Source: an uncultured Chlamydiales bacterium
GTDB taxonomy: Bacteria > Chlamydiota > Chlamydiia > Chlamydiales > Rhabdochlamydiaceae
Assembly (NCBI GenBank): GCA_963700985.1
Contig: OY969554.1
Coordinates: 288,001-352,000 of the forward strand
Direction: 5' to 3'
DNA length: 64,000 nt
The notes beneath the pieces were generated by a model. That model was not told the origin of the DNA. It did no database searches and saw nothing but the letters and a program-made list of their open reading frames with translations. Shown here one piece after another: positions 19,084-28,001 of this stretch (position 1 is its first letter; the number at the start of each line of letters is the position of its first letter). A program made the position numbers and the translations under genes.

Positions 19084-20706
19084 ATGGCATCGATCTCAGA
19101 TCTTCTTCCCGATTTTGCGGCTTTTAGCTCAAGCGCCGCACCAGAGGCGCATTCAAGTAAGCGACAAAGAGTAGTCTCCTCTGAGGTCGTGATTTCTCCA
19201 ATAGATGCGTCTATAAATCCACACCTTTACAGAATTGCCAACATAGGCTGGGAAGTGGCCTTATCTAACCTTAATGCGGGTGATCTATGTCGATTTGCTT
19301 CCACAAGCAAATTTGCCCATCTACAAGCACAAAAAAGTATTGAGCCGATGTTTAAAGCTGCGCCTTACATCGGCAATTCTGCAGTCGCATTTCAACGCGC
19401 CTTTTTTTCTCTTAGAAAAGAGAATCTAGTACATGTCAATCTTATTGAAAAATATTGGAAAGCCCGCACAGAACTGTGTTTATATAACTTTCAATATAAA
19501 ATGCCAGGCTCACCTCCAAATGAGGTTGAATTAAGGGCAATCGCCACGCACTGCACTTCTTTTAAAAAACTCTCTTTCCAACAAGCAACTAAGGGTGCTG
19601 AAACCCAAGATGAGGTGGCGCAAGTGATTAAAGCTGCTTCTGCAACACTTGAGCAATGCCATTTTACAGACGCTCAACCCTCAGAAACTACTCTTGTAGC
19701 ACTTCTTTTCTGCCCGAATCTAACGAGTTTAAGAATAGTTGAGCAAAACAAAAAGGAAGTTTCTCGCAATGACCTGCGATGCAATGAGCTAATTCTTCAA
19801 ATATTGACCTCGTCTGTGAGCCTAAATTCATTTCGTCAAACGGCTTGGGAGTTAACAGTTCCTGTTCTTACAGCCATCGCAGAACATCAGTCACAACTTT
19901 CCGATCTCGCCCTTGGTTATCGCAGCTTATCAGAGCTATCTTCACTTCCTGATAAATCCTATTATGACCATTTAGAAGGCACGTTAATCGCCACAATTCT
20001 TTGCTTATCTAACTTGAAAGTTTTTTCTCTAAATCAGGCTGCTTACCCAGCATGCATTTCAGATAATACCTACGTGACAAATAAAACGCTGAGAGCCATC
20101 GCAATTAGATGCACTGACTTGAAAGAGCTCAGCCTGTTCAATTGTTCAAAGGTGACAAGCACAGGTTTATCGCTTCTAGCCCAAAGGTGCCTTAGTTTAG
20201 AAACGCTTGTACTCATTCAAGAAGAAGCCCCTTCACGTTTTAACATACAGAGTCTAACTCAAGAGATTTTGAGTGATGAGGTTTTAAATGAGGGCATTGA
20301 TGATATTGCCTTAATGTCGATTGCGTCGTCAGCACCAAGTCTAAAAAATTTAACGATCCTCTCAAGAAAAATTACAGTTGCAGGAGTTTCGAGTTTGAGT
20401 GCTTGCAGCGCATTAGAAACCCTAAATCTACAAGGATGTAAAATGGTTGCATTAGGGGAGTTAAAAGCATTTCTACAAGCATTGCCACCCAAGCTCTGGT
20501 TTGTCGATCTTCGCAATATTGCAAAGAGTGAAACACCCTCTGGAAAGTTTGTGTTAGCACTGCATAGGGCTTTGCTTATGCGTTCGAATGGCTTTACTCT
20601 TGAGACTGACGCTGGGAAGTATGAAGTTGTCAAGAAAGTCAAGGCAGGGATGCTGCAATCTTATGTTTCGTTCACTCCGAGCCTTCCTCCTAATGAGTGG
20701 GACTGA
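19084..20706 (+). CDS. F-box-like + LRR protein, paralogue 5 (most divergent)
   Basis: WEVALSNLNAGDLCRFASTSKF; FRQTAWELT; LRR-CC repeats. Confidence 0.75.
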   Translation: MASISDLLPDFAAFSSSAAPEAHSSKRQRVVSSEVVISPIDASINPHLYRIANIGWEVALSNLNAGDLCRFASTSKFAHLQAQKSIEPMFKAAPYIGNSAVAFQRAFFSLRKENLVHVNLIEKYWKARTELCLYNFQYKMPGSPPNEVELRAIATHCTSFKKLSFQQATKGAETQDEVAQVIKAASATLEQCHFTDAQPSETTLVALLFCPNLTSLRIVEQNKKEVSRNDLRCNELILQILTSSVSLNSFRQTAWELTVPVLTAIAEHQSQLSDLALGYRSLSELSSLPDKSYYDHLEGTLIATILCLSNLKVFSLNQAAYPACISDNTYVTNKTLRAIAIRCTDLKELSLFNCSKVTSTGLSLLAQRCLSLETLVLIQEEAPSRFNIQSLTQEILSDEVLNEGIDDIALMSIASSAPSLKNLTILSRKITVAGVSSLSACSALETLNLQGCKMVALGELKAFLQALPPKLWFVDLRNIAKSETPSGKFVLALHRALLMRSNGFTLETDAGKYEVVKKVKAGMLQSYVSFTPSLPPNEWD

Positions 20707-20784
20707 TTTTTTTGGGGTAGAGAACGAATTTTGCAACTACCTCTTTTGATTTTTTATCGGTTTTGTTTATAATTTGCGGCCAAT

Positions 20785-20869
20785 GGAAGAGTGGCAGAGT
20801 GGCCTATCGCGGCTGTCTTGAAAACAGCAGTCGGGCAACCGACCGTGGGTTCGAATCCTACCTCTTCCG
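20785..20869 (+). tRNA. tRNA-Ser(TGA)
   Basis: GGAAGAG/CTCTTCC acceptor stem, GCTGT-CTTGAAA-ACAGC anticodon arm, long variable arm GTCGG-GCAA-CCGAC, GGTTCGAATCC. Confidence 0.96.
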
Positions 20870-20878
20870 TTTAAACTC

Positions 20879-20906
20879 AAAGGGAGACCCATTAGGGTCT
20901 CCCTTT
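20879..20906 (+). terminator. Hairpin/terminator after tRNA-Ser
   Basis: AAAGGGAGACCC-ATTA-GGGTCTCCCTTT. Confidence 0.65.
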
Positions 20907-20928
20907 GCTATTTAAACGGAAGAAGTAA

Positions 20929-21126
20929 GCCAACAGTTTGGCTTACGGGTAGGTTCGAAGTGAAGTGGGCGCAGCCCACGAACCGGCCCGCAGGGGAATC
21001 CTACCTCTTCCGTTCCCTAAAAGACCTAGTTTGTAGACGCCCTCTGCCAAAAGTTTGGTTTACGGGTAGGTTCGAAGTGAAGTGGGCGCAGCCCACGAAC
21101 CGGCCCGCAGGGGAATCCTACCTCTT
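20929..21126 (+). repeat. Two tandem ~80-bp repeats (period 117) containing the tRNA-Ser 3' end
   Basis: ttacgggtaggttcgaagtgaagtgggcgcagcccacgaaccggcccgcaggggaatcctacctctt is identical at 20943 and 21060. Confidence 0.9.
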
Positions 21127-21222
21127 TCTTTTCTTATGGAGCGATCGCTCCAGAGCTTTTTATCTTTCTGATTCTTAATTGATTAAGAGGAAACGATCTT
21201 TAAGTAATTGATCTTTAATGAC

Positions 21223-22623
21223 TTAAGATGTCTTGGGCTTTCTTTTCAGGAAGAAAAGGAAGGGGATTACGGCGAGAAAGAGCATGCCGCCAATCAAGAT
21301 CAGCTCATAGATGAAAACGTTGCCGATTTGGGCGTGTTCTGGCGGAATAAAGCCTATTCCTATAACCAAAAGACAGCTAAGCGCGCCTATTCCGGCGATG
21401 AGCCACATGCCGATTTTGCCACCTGGAACTTTATAGGAGCGGTGGATGTGCGGTTTTTTATGATGAAGAACGATTGCGCTAGCAAACATAAACACATAGA
21501 CGATCAGTGCGAGCTGAGCAGTAATTACGGAGAGCAGCCAAAATGATCCGCTCACCGTGGGCATAAGCACAAAAGCTAACGAGAGTAGTGTGACGATGAT
21601 GGCTTGCAAGACAAGAATGTTGATGGGCACTCCATGGCGATTTTCGCGCATGACAAAGGAGGGGAGTGAGCCATCTCTGCTGGCCACCATGAGTCCTTTG
21701 GTGGGTCCGATAATCCAGGCGGCGGCGCCACCTAGGCCTCCTAAGATGATAGATCCTGCTACAATCGGCAGCAGCCATCCAACATTAAGCGAACTGACGA
21801 ATGTTGCAAAAGCTTGCAGAGTTCCAACAACGAGATTTACATCATTACTTGGCACGACGATGGCGATTGCCAAAGAGGCGAGAACAGTTGTAGCTAAAAT
21901 GATGATCGCAGAGATGAGTAGCGCCCGTGGATAGTTGCGCTTTGGGTCTTTCATCTCCTCGGCATGCGAAGCTGACATCTCTAAACCGATTAGGCCAAAT
22001 AGAACGTTGGTTAAGTAGGCGGCATTAGGCACATCGAATGAAGTGGGAAAGAAGCTCTTCCAAGAAAAAGTGATCTGCATCGGTTCGCCTTTAATGATCC
22101 ACCAGCCAGCTAAAAAGATGATGATTAACATGGGAAGTATAGTGCCGACTGTGGCCGCAAGCGTGCTGAAGTGGCTGGAGATTTTCATGCCAAAGCAGTT
22201 GATCAGCGTAACTCCCCAAAAGAGAATTACGACGGTTGTGGTCATGAATAGCTTATTCGTAGCAAGTTCGGGGTTGAACATGTAGGTGATCGCGCCTGCG
22301 ATCAGCGCCATGATTGTGGGAAACCAGAAGAGGTTGTAAACCCAGTTTAGCCAGATAACCAGCAGGCTGATTTTCTTGCCGAAAGCTTCACGCACCCACA
22401 CATAGAGTCCACCTGTTGTCGGCCATCCTGTGCCCATTTCGGCTGCAACCATGGCAGCGGGCAGAAAAAATAAAAGCCCTGCAAAAATGTAATAAAAGAC
22501 GAGCGAAAAGCCATATGTGGCAGCAAATGGAAGATTGCGAATGCTATCCACTGCGATGACATTGATCATCACAACTTGGAAAAAGCTTAAAACCTTGCGG
22601 CGAGAAAGTGGGGTCTTTTCCAT
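21223..22623 (-). CDS. APC-family amino acid permease (GadC/YjeM-like)
   Basis: ~12 TM; IRNLP, FFLPAAMVAAEMGT, GGLYVWVREAFG, GLEMSASHAEEMKDPKRNYPRA. Confidence 0.9.
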   Translation of the reverse strand: MEKTPLSRRKVLSFFQVVMINVIAVDSIRNLPFAATYGFSLVFYYIFAGLLFFLPAAMVAAEMGTGWPTTGGLYVWVREAFGKKISLLVIWLNWVYNLFWFPTIMALIAGAITYMFNPELATNKLFMTTTVVILFWGVTLINCFGMKISSHFSTLAATVGTILPMLIIIFLAGWWIIKGEPMQITFSWKSFFPTSFDVPNAAYLTNVLFGLIGLEMSASHAEEMKDPKRNYPRALLISAIIILATTVLASLAIAIVVPSNDVNLVVGTLQAFATFVSSLNVGWLLPIVAGSIILGGLGGAAAWIIGPTKGLMVASRDGSLPSFVMRENRHGVPINILVLQAIIVTLLSLAFVLMPTVSGSFWLLSVITAQLALIVYVFMFASAIVLHHKKPHIHRSYKVPGGKIGMWLIAGIGALSCLLVIGIGFIPPEHAQIGNVFIYELILIGGMLFLAVIPFLFFLKRKPKTS

Positions 22624-22673
22624 ATTTTAGATTTATTGTATCTTGTTGCGTTTTCTCTTTAAACGGCTTTCTT

Positions 22674-23246
22674 ATGCATAGAGTTCCTCTTTTGAGCGCC
22701 TTGGATGAGTACGAGCAGCTTAGCCGAAAGCATTTTGCGCACTTTACTGATGAAGAAGAGCGCTTGCAAAAGGTGCGCGCCTTCGTGAATACACATACAA
22801 ATTGTTTTGATAGAGAAAATCTGCAGGGGCATCTTACCGCTTCGGCTTTTATCCTTTCTCCAGATCTGCAAAAGGTGCTTTTGACATTTCATGCTAAGCA
22901 TAAGAAGTGGCTGCAATTAGGTGGACATGCCGATGGGCATCCGCTGCTGCATGAGGTGGCGATGCGCGAGGCTCAAGAAGAGTCGGGCACGGAAAAGCTC
23001 TGCTTTTTCAACAAGATTTTAGCTCCATTTGATTTAGACATCCATCTTATTCCTCCTCACAAAGGCATATGCGAGCATTACCATTATGATTTGCGTTATT
23101 TACTGCTCTGTGAAAATGAGACTGCGATTTCAATTTCCCATGAGTCATTAGACCTGCGCTGGATCCGTTTGAATCAGGTAGCAACATATACACAAGAGAG
23201 TTCAGTGTTGCGACAGGTCGATAAGGTTTTATCCATCATAAAATAA
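22674..23246 (+). CDS. NUDIX hydrolase
   Basis: GHLTASAF, WLQLGGHADG...AMREAQEESG Nudix box, HYHYDLRY. Confidence 0.9.
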   Translation: MHRVPLLSALDEYEQLSRKHFAHFTDEEERLQKVRAFVNTHTNCFDRENLQGHLTASAFILSPDLQKVLLTFHAKHKKWLQLGGHADGHPLLHEVAMREAQEESGTEKLCFFNKILAPFDLDIHLIPPHKGICEHYHYDLRYLLLCENETAISISHESLDLRWIRLNQVATYTQESSVLRQVDKVLSIIK

Positions 23247-23440
23247 ACGCAGTAGGTTTTCTCTCTTAGTTCTTTGTCTTTAAAATCCTCCTTCTTTCTT
23301 CTAAAAGTTTTATTGAGAATATAATAAATAATTGTTGGTGTACTATTAAATAATTTTATCTTAAATAAACAATAATTAAGTTAAAGTTAACTGGGTTTTT
23401 TATTAGGATCATTACTCAAAATTTACTAAGGAAAAAGGGT

Positions 23441-25690
23441 ATGGCAAAACCAGCAGGTAGTGATAGTTCTCAGAGATATTTAGGATTAGGAAGTATCCCT
23501 GTTGCTCCAGGAGCCAGAATGGGTAGTTTCTTTGATGCTTTACCACCAGCGGCCGTTTCTGCAAGTGCTGCAGCTCCGATTAGAGCCCTAGATGATTCTG
23601 ATGATGATAATGACGAAAGTTTTGATGCTGCTTCTTGGCTAATGAGCTCAACTCCTTCTTTAGCTGCCACAAGTGAAAGAACTGAAGGCGCTTTCTTAAA
23701 CAGAAGAGCGGGATTGGAGCGTAAAAGAAACGCAGGATCTGATCGATCAGCGTCTATGCCATCTGGATTAGCATCTAAACCACGCAGCCGCATCCCGAGT
23801 ATTGAAGAGGGCAGTGAAGAGAGCTCAGAATCAAGAATCATCAGTGGAGATTTTTCTGAGTTTGTTCCTAAAGGTGGCAAAGTGAAGCAAGGTCTTCCTC
23901 TTGCAACTCCGATGCACAGCCCGACAACCTCGCCTCACAAAGCAGCCCCACGCGAATCAGTAAATGCCTCATCGGTTGGTGAAGGTGTATTTTCTCCAGA
24001 AAGCACTCTTTCTTATTCAGATTCTCTTTCGATCAAAGGATCTCGCGTTAAAAATTGGTCAATTAAAACTCCGACAAACTCACCGCAGCTCGCATCTCTG
24101 CAAGCCTCTCAAAGTCCGCCTTCTGCACACCTTTCGCCGGTTTCTTCACCATTGTCTTTGCATCAACCTAGAAGTCCTGTAAGGCCAGCCAATTTAGCGA
24201 CTGTATCTCCTGTGAAGGTGCATCCGGGTGTTGGAAGCATGGCTATGCCTTCCTTACCTAAAAAGCCTTCTCTACGACCGCGCCAACTGGTTTTTTCTTC
24301 TACACCACCTCGTCATCCTGCATCAGCGCTTTCTGAGGTCTCTCCAGTTCGAGCAGCCAAAAGTGCTGCGCTGCCAACGTCTTCTGATTCACCGGAAGAT
24401 AGCCCTTTTTCTTCGCCTGAGGCATCTCCTGTAAAAACGGTTCCTGCACAAAAACAGCACTCGAAATTTTTTGCAACACCACCTGATTCAAAGGAATCGA
24501 GTCCTTTTTCTTCATCTGAAGCATCACCAGCCAAAAAGGTTCCTGCACAAAAACAGCACTCGAAATTTTTTGCAACACCGCCTGATTCAAAGGAATCGAG
24601 TCCTTTTTCTTCACAAGAGGGCACTCCGAATAAAACTCCTAGTGCTCCTTTGGGAGTGCAGACTCCGCTGCAGGTACGTGAGGCTATAGATCTAATAAAT
24701 GAAACAAGTCCAAGTGCTTCGCTTAATCATGTAGAGACACAAACCATCAGAACTGCCATGAAAGCGCTTGCAGACATGCAAAAAAAGAGCCCTTCAAGTC
24801 AAGAAAAAGCCAAGCAAGTAGCTGGGCGAGCTCAAGCTATTGTACATGATAAACTGACTCGGGGTGAACGATCTGGTTCTTTAGCCTATCATAGTGAAGG
24901 TGTTTCTCGTTTAACAGGGGCGGCTAGCTGGATTAAAAAAGATGTTCTTCCTTCTCTAAAAGATGCGGGTATCTCTCCTTTGTGTTTTTATAATGCACCG
25001 CACGTACTCGCTTCTGGAAAAAGAGGGAAAGATGGAGGTTCACTGGTTGGCTTACATTTTATGAGTAAGACAGATTTCGATAAGGAGCATATTTGCTTAG
25101 CAGAATCTGTGAGTTCCTCCAATGGAGTGATAGGGCGCCATTTCTCACAAAAAGCCGATGCCGGCAAGAAAGCTCCTCCTTCTAAATTTTCTAGTTTTTT
25201 TCCTGAGAGCTGTTTTGATTCTTTCGAGCAGTTGATGAAGTTGGCCGATGCGTCGCCATATATTGCGCGATGTGAGAATCGCGGATTGATAAAGCTTCAG
25301 CTGAAAGATCGTTCACTTTATGCCGAGACCTACCTACGTGAAGGTGGCATGATTATTCATGATATTTTTCCGCTTTTTGCCTATTTAGAATTTGGCAAAG
25401 AGAAAAGCTATCAAATCACGAAGGATCTTACTCTTACTGAAGCGCAAATATTGACATTGATCACTGCTGCTTTAGATGATGTCGATCCTTACACTACAAC
25501 TAAAGATTGTCCTGTGCGCTATGTTGTTAAAAATGGCAAGCAAGCGGAGTTGTTAATTGATCTAGCTCCGCAACTGGAGGATCAAACTCACATTCCACAT
25601 GGAATTATGGTGCAGATCTCCAGCGAGGTTTTTGGGAATGTATCTCCGCTGGCGCAACATATCGCTGAGATCGTTAAATACTGGGCTTAA
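23441..25690 (+). CDS. Ser/Pro-rich candidate effector with C-terminal EndoU-like nuclease motif
   Basis: Low-complexity N-terminal ~430 aa; C-terminal NAPHVL...LVGLHF...NGV...SKFSSFFP. Confidence 0.65.
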   Translation: MAKPAGSDSSQRYLGLGSIPVAPGARMGSFFDALPPAAVSASAAAPIRALDDSDDDNDESFDAASWLMSSTPSLAATSERTEGAFLNRRAGLERKRNAGSDRSASMPSGLASKPRSRIPSIEEGSEESSESRIISGDFSEFVPKGGKVKQGLPLATPMHSPTTSPHKAAPRESVNASSVGEGVFSPESTLSYSDSLSIKGSRVKNWSIKTPTNSPQLASLQASQSPPSAHLSPVSSPLSLHQPRSPVRPANLATVSPVKVHPGVGSMAMPSLPKKPSLRPRQLVFSSTPPRHPASALSEVSPVRAAKSAALPTSSDSPEDSPFSSPEASPVKTVPAQKQHSKFFATPPDSKESSPFSSSEASPAKKVPAQKQHSKFFATPPDSKESSPFSSQEGTPNKTPSAPLGVQTPLQVREAIDLINETSPSASLNHVETQTIRTAMKALADMQKKSPSSQEKAKQVAGRAQAIVHDKLTRGERSGSLAYHSEGVSRLTGAASWIKKDVLPSLKDAGISPLCFYNAPHVLASGKRGKDGGSLVGLHFMSKTDFDKEHICLAESVSSSNGVIGRHFSQKADAGKKAPPSKFSSFFPESCFDSFEQLMKLADASPYIARCENRGLIKLQLKDRSLYAETYLREGGMIIHDIFPLFAYLEFGKEKSYQITKDLTLTEAQILTLITAALDDVDPYTTTKDCPVRYVVKNGKQAELLIDLAPQLEDQTHIPHGIMVQISSEVFGNVSPLAQHIAEIVKYWA
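24400..24613 (+). repeat. Intragenic 99-bp (33-aa) tandem repeat
   Basis: VPAQKQHSKFFATPPDSKESSPFSS twice; nucleotide copies start at 24439 and 24538. Confidence 0.9.
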
Positions 25691-26694
25691 GCTGCTTTTT
25701 TATCGCGCAGTGGTGGGCCAAAGTAAGTAGAGACATCTTGAGGGTGCTTGATGGTTTTTTTAAGAATACCATCGATCTCCCTTTTTGTGTTTTCGTCGAT
25801 ATGCCAGCCGAAGAAATTATTCAATGGGGCCAGCTGCGAGGGTTTACGTGCGCCCCAAATTGCAATTTCCACATTCTGATCAAGCACCCAACGCTCTGCA
25901 AACTCGAGCAGTGTTTTACCATATTTTTGCTGAGCGATCTCGCCTATTTCATCGGCTGCTTTGAGGTATTCTTCAAATGAAGGGGAGAGAAATTTTTTAT
26001 CTAATCCATTTCTAAGGTCATCGCCCTTAAAGGCTCTTCCCTTACTCATCTGCCCACTGAGCAGCCCACGGCAGAGCACGCTATAGCTCATCGTTAGGAT
26101 CTTCTCATTTTTGCAAAAGGGAAGTATGGCTTTTTCGATATCTCGCTCAAAGAGGTTATAAGGCGGCTGATAAAAATGAATTGGGGCAACTTGGCGAAAG
26201 AGCGCCAATTGTTTCGCATCGAAGTTGCTTAGGCCGATGGCGCGGATTTTGCCCTCTTTAAACAACTTATTCATCATATTGGCGATATCTTCGATTGGGA
26301 CAAGAGGATCCGGCCAATGCATAAAGTAAATATCGATATGATCTGTTTCTAATCTTTGCAGGGAATTATGTAGATCCTTGCGGATGAATTCTTCGGTTAG
26401 GTTACGCACGACACTTCCATCTGCGCGAAATTCAATACCGCCTTTAGTTGAAATAATTGTTTTATTGCGCTTTTTACTTTCGCGAAGCGCCTTGGCTACA
26501 AATTTTTCAGCTGTGCCCTGCCCGTAGGCGGGAGCCGTGTCGAGAACATTAATTCCACGCTCTAGCGCAGAGAGAATCGTTGCAATGGATTCTTTTTCAC
26601 TTGTGCCTCCCCAGAGAGATCCGCCAATGGCCCACGTGCCTAATGCGATGCGCGAGAGTTTTTCCGAGAAGAGCGGCGAGGTGATATACTCCAT
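25687..26694 (-). CDS. Aldo/keto reductase (YhdN-like)
   Basis: ALGTWAIGG, DTAPAYG, STKGG, DIYFMHWPD, GKIRAIGLSNF, QPPYNLFER. Confidence 0.93.
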   Translation of the reverse strand: MEYITSPLFSEKLSRIALGTWAIGGSLWGGTSEKESIATILSALERGINVLDTAPAYGQGTAEKFVAKALRESKKRNKTIISTKGGIEFRADGSVVRNLTEEFIRKDLHNSLQRLETDHIDIYFMHWPDPLVPIEDIANMMNKLFKEGKIRAIGLSNFDAKQLALFRQVAPIHFYQPPYNLFERDIEKAILPFCKNEKILTMSYSVLCRGLLSGQMSKGRAFKGDDLRNGLDKKFLSPSFEEYLKAADEIGEIAQQKYGKTLLEFAERWVLDQNVEIAIWGARKPSQLAPLNNFFGWHIDENTKREIDGILKKTIKHPQDVSTYFGPPLRDKKAA

Positions 26695-26850
26695 AAAATT
26701 TCTCCTAATTTTTTACTTATTTTTTTATTTTTACTGTTCACATTTTTTGAATTTGTTTCTAGAAAATTATTTAAAAAAGAAATGTTTGATTTGTTCTTAT
26801 TGTTAGTCAACTAGATGTAACAAAAGTATAAAATTAAAACTTTAATTAAA

Positions 26851-26879
26851 TTGACTTATATGATTATTGTCGTTACACT
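26851..26879 (+). promoter_or_regulatory. Putative sigma70-type promoter
   Basis: TTGACT-17 bp-TACACT upstream of ATG 26914. Confidence 0.55.
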
Positions 26880-26913
26880 AAAACCCTTTATGAAGTAAAC
26901 AGTAGGATCTTAT

Positions 26914-27834
26914 ATGCGTACTCGTTCCTCAGAACTTAAAAAGCCTTCGTTCTTTACTCGTATCTTAGCACGAGGAGTCGACTATTGCCTCCTGTATGCC
27001 TTAGGCATTCTTGTCTCTCTCGTATTGCCGGTTGAGGTGAGCAATTTATTTTACATAGTTTATGCCCTCACTGTGCCTGCACTTTTTGTGTCGATAGAAG
27101 CTCTGCTTTTAAGTACGTGGGGAAGCACACCTGGTAAAGCTCTTTTAGGCATTACAGTCCTACATAAAGATGGCAAGAAGCTTTCGATTCATGAAGCCAT
27201 GAGACGAGCTGCCTTTATCGGCAAACGTCCTGGTAGCCTTTTACAAGGTGATCCTGGTTTTTTACGTCGCTTTGCCGCTTATGCTCTTGCCGTGAGCTTG
27301 ATCGTATTCTCAGCACTTAGCAAAAATATTACTGATTCATCGATTGGGGGAGAGAAAGCTCAGAAGGTTTCAGGATGGGTTCAATACTCATCTACAGAGG
27401 CTGGATTTCGCGTCGACTTTCCTAAAGATCCTGTAATTGAATCTAAAGAGGTAGCAAGTACCGAGGGATCTGTTAACTATAATGAATACACCAGTGAAGG
27501 TAAGTCAAAAGTTACTTATGCAGTAAGTTACATCGATATTCCTAAAAAATGGGGATTTGTTAGTTCGAAGAGGATTTTAAAGGGCGTACTCGATGTCTTG
27601 CTAAAGTTAGATCCAGAAACTGTACTTCTTAACAAAGCTTTCGCTTCTCATGCAGAGCACTCAGCTCTGAACTTCCATTCAAAAAAGGGAGATGAAGAGG
27701 TGAGCGGCAGATTGATTCGAGTAGGTCAGAGGCTGTTTAAGCTAACCATTACCTATCCAACAGCTACGCCAGAACATCTTGTTACACATACCTTCCTCGA
27801 CTCTTTCGAGTTAGTAAAAACTGCTAAGCAGTAA
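26914..27834 (+). CDS. RDD-family membrane protein with C-terminal soluble domain
   Basis: RILARGVD, GSTPGKALLGITV, R motif; C-terminal W..YSS.EAGFRVDFP domain. Confidence 0.8.
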   Translation: MRTRSSELKKPSFFTRILARGVDYCLLYALGILVSLVLPVEVSNLFYIVYALTVPALFVSIEALLLSTWGSTPGKALLGITVLHKDGKKLSIHEAMRRAAFIGKRPGSLLQGDPGFLRRFAAYALAVSLIVFSALSKNITDSSIGGEKAQKVSGWVQYSSTEAGFRVDFPKDPVIESKEVASTEGSVNYNEYTSEGKSKVTYAVSYIDIPKKWGFVSSKRILKGVLDVLLKLDPETVLLNKAFASHAEHSALNFHSKKGDEEVSGRLIRVGQRLFKLTITYPTATPEHLVTHTFLDSFELVKTAKQ

Positions 27835-27840
27835 ACCATC

Positions 27841-27877
27841 AATCCAGCTAAACCCTTAGCTGGATTTTCTTTTTTTT
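27841..27877 (+). terminator. Intrinsic terminator
   Basis: AATCCAGCTAA-ACCC-TTAGCTGGATT followed by a T run. Confidence 0.75.
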
Positions 27878-27901
27878 AGATCTCATAGCACAGAAGAATT
27901 A

Positions 27902-27980
27902 AACCACAGAGTCACAGAGAGCACAGAGTTAAGAAAAGAAAATCCTTTCTTAACTCTGTGCTCTCTGTGACTCTGTGGTT
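27902..27980. repeat. Long palindrome built of CACAGAG units
   Basis: aaccacagagtcacagagagcacagagttaagaaa ... tttcttaactctgtgctctctgtgactctgtggtt. Confidence 0.85.
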
Positions 27981-28001
27981 AATCTTAAGACCCCCTCAAC
28001 A

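Noticed and set aside
11881-20784. Integrated prophage or genomic island at tRNA-Ser
   Set aside because: No integrase or phage genes; I found no tRNA-end duplication on the pheS side.
20929-21126. CRISPR array
   Set aside because: Only two ~80-bp units, derived from the tRNA end; no cas genes in the window.
20960-21178. 72-aa ORF with internal repeat
   Set aside because: Simply the translation of the tRNA-linked repeat.
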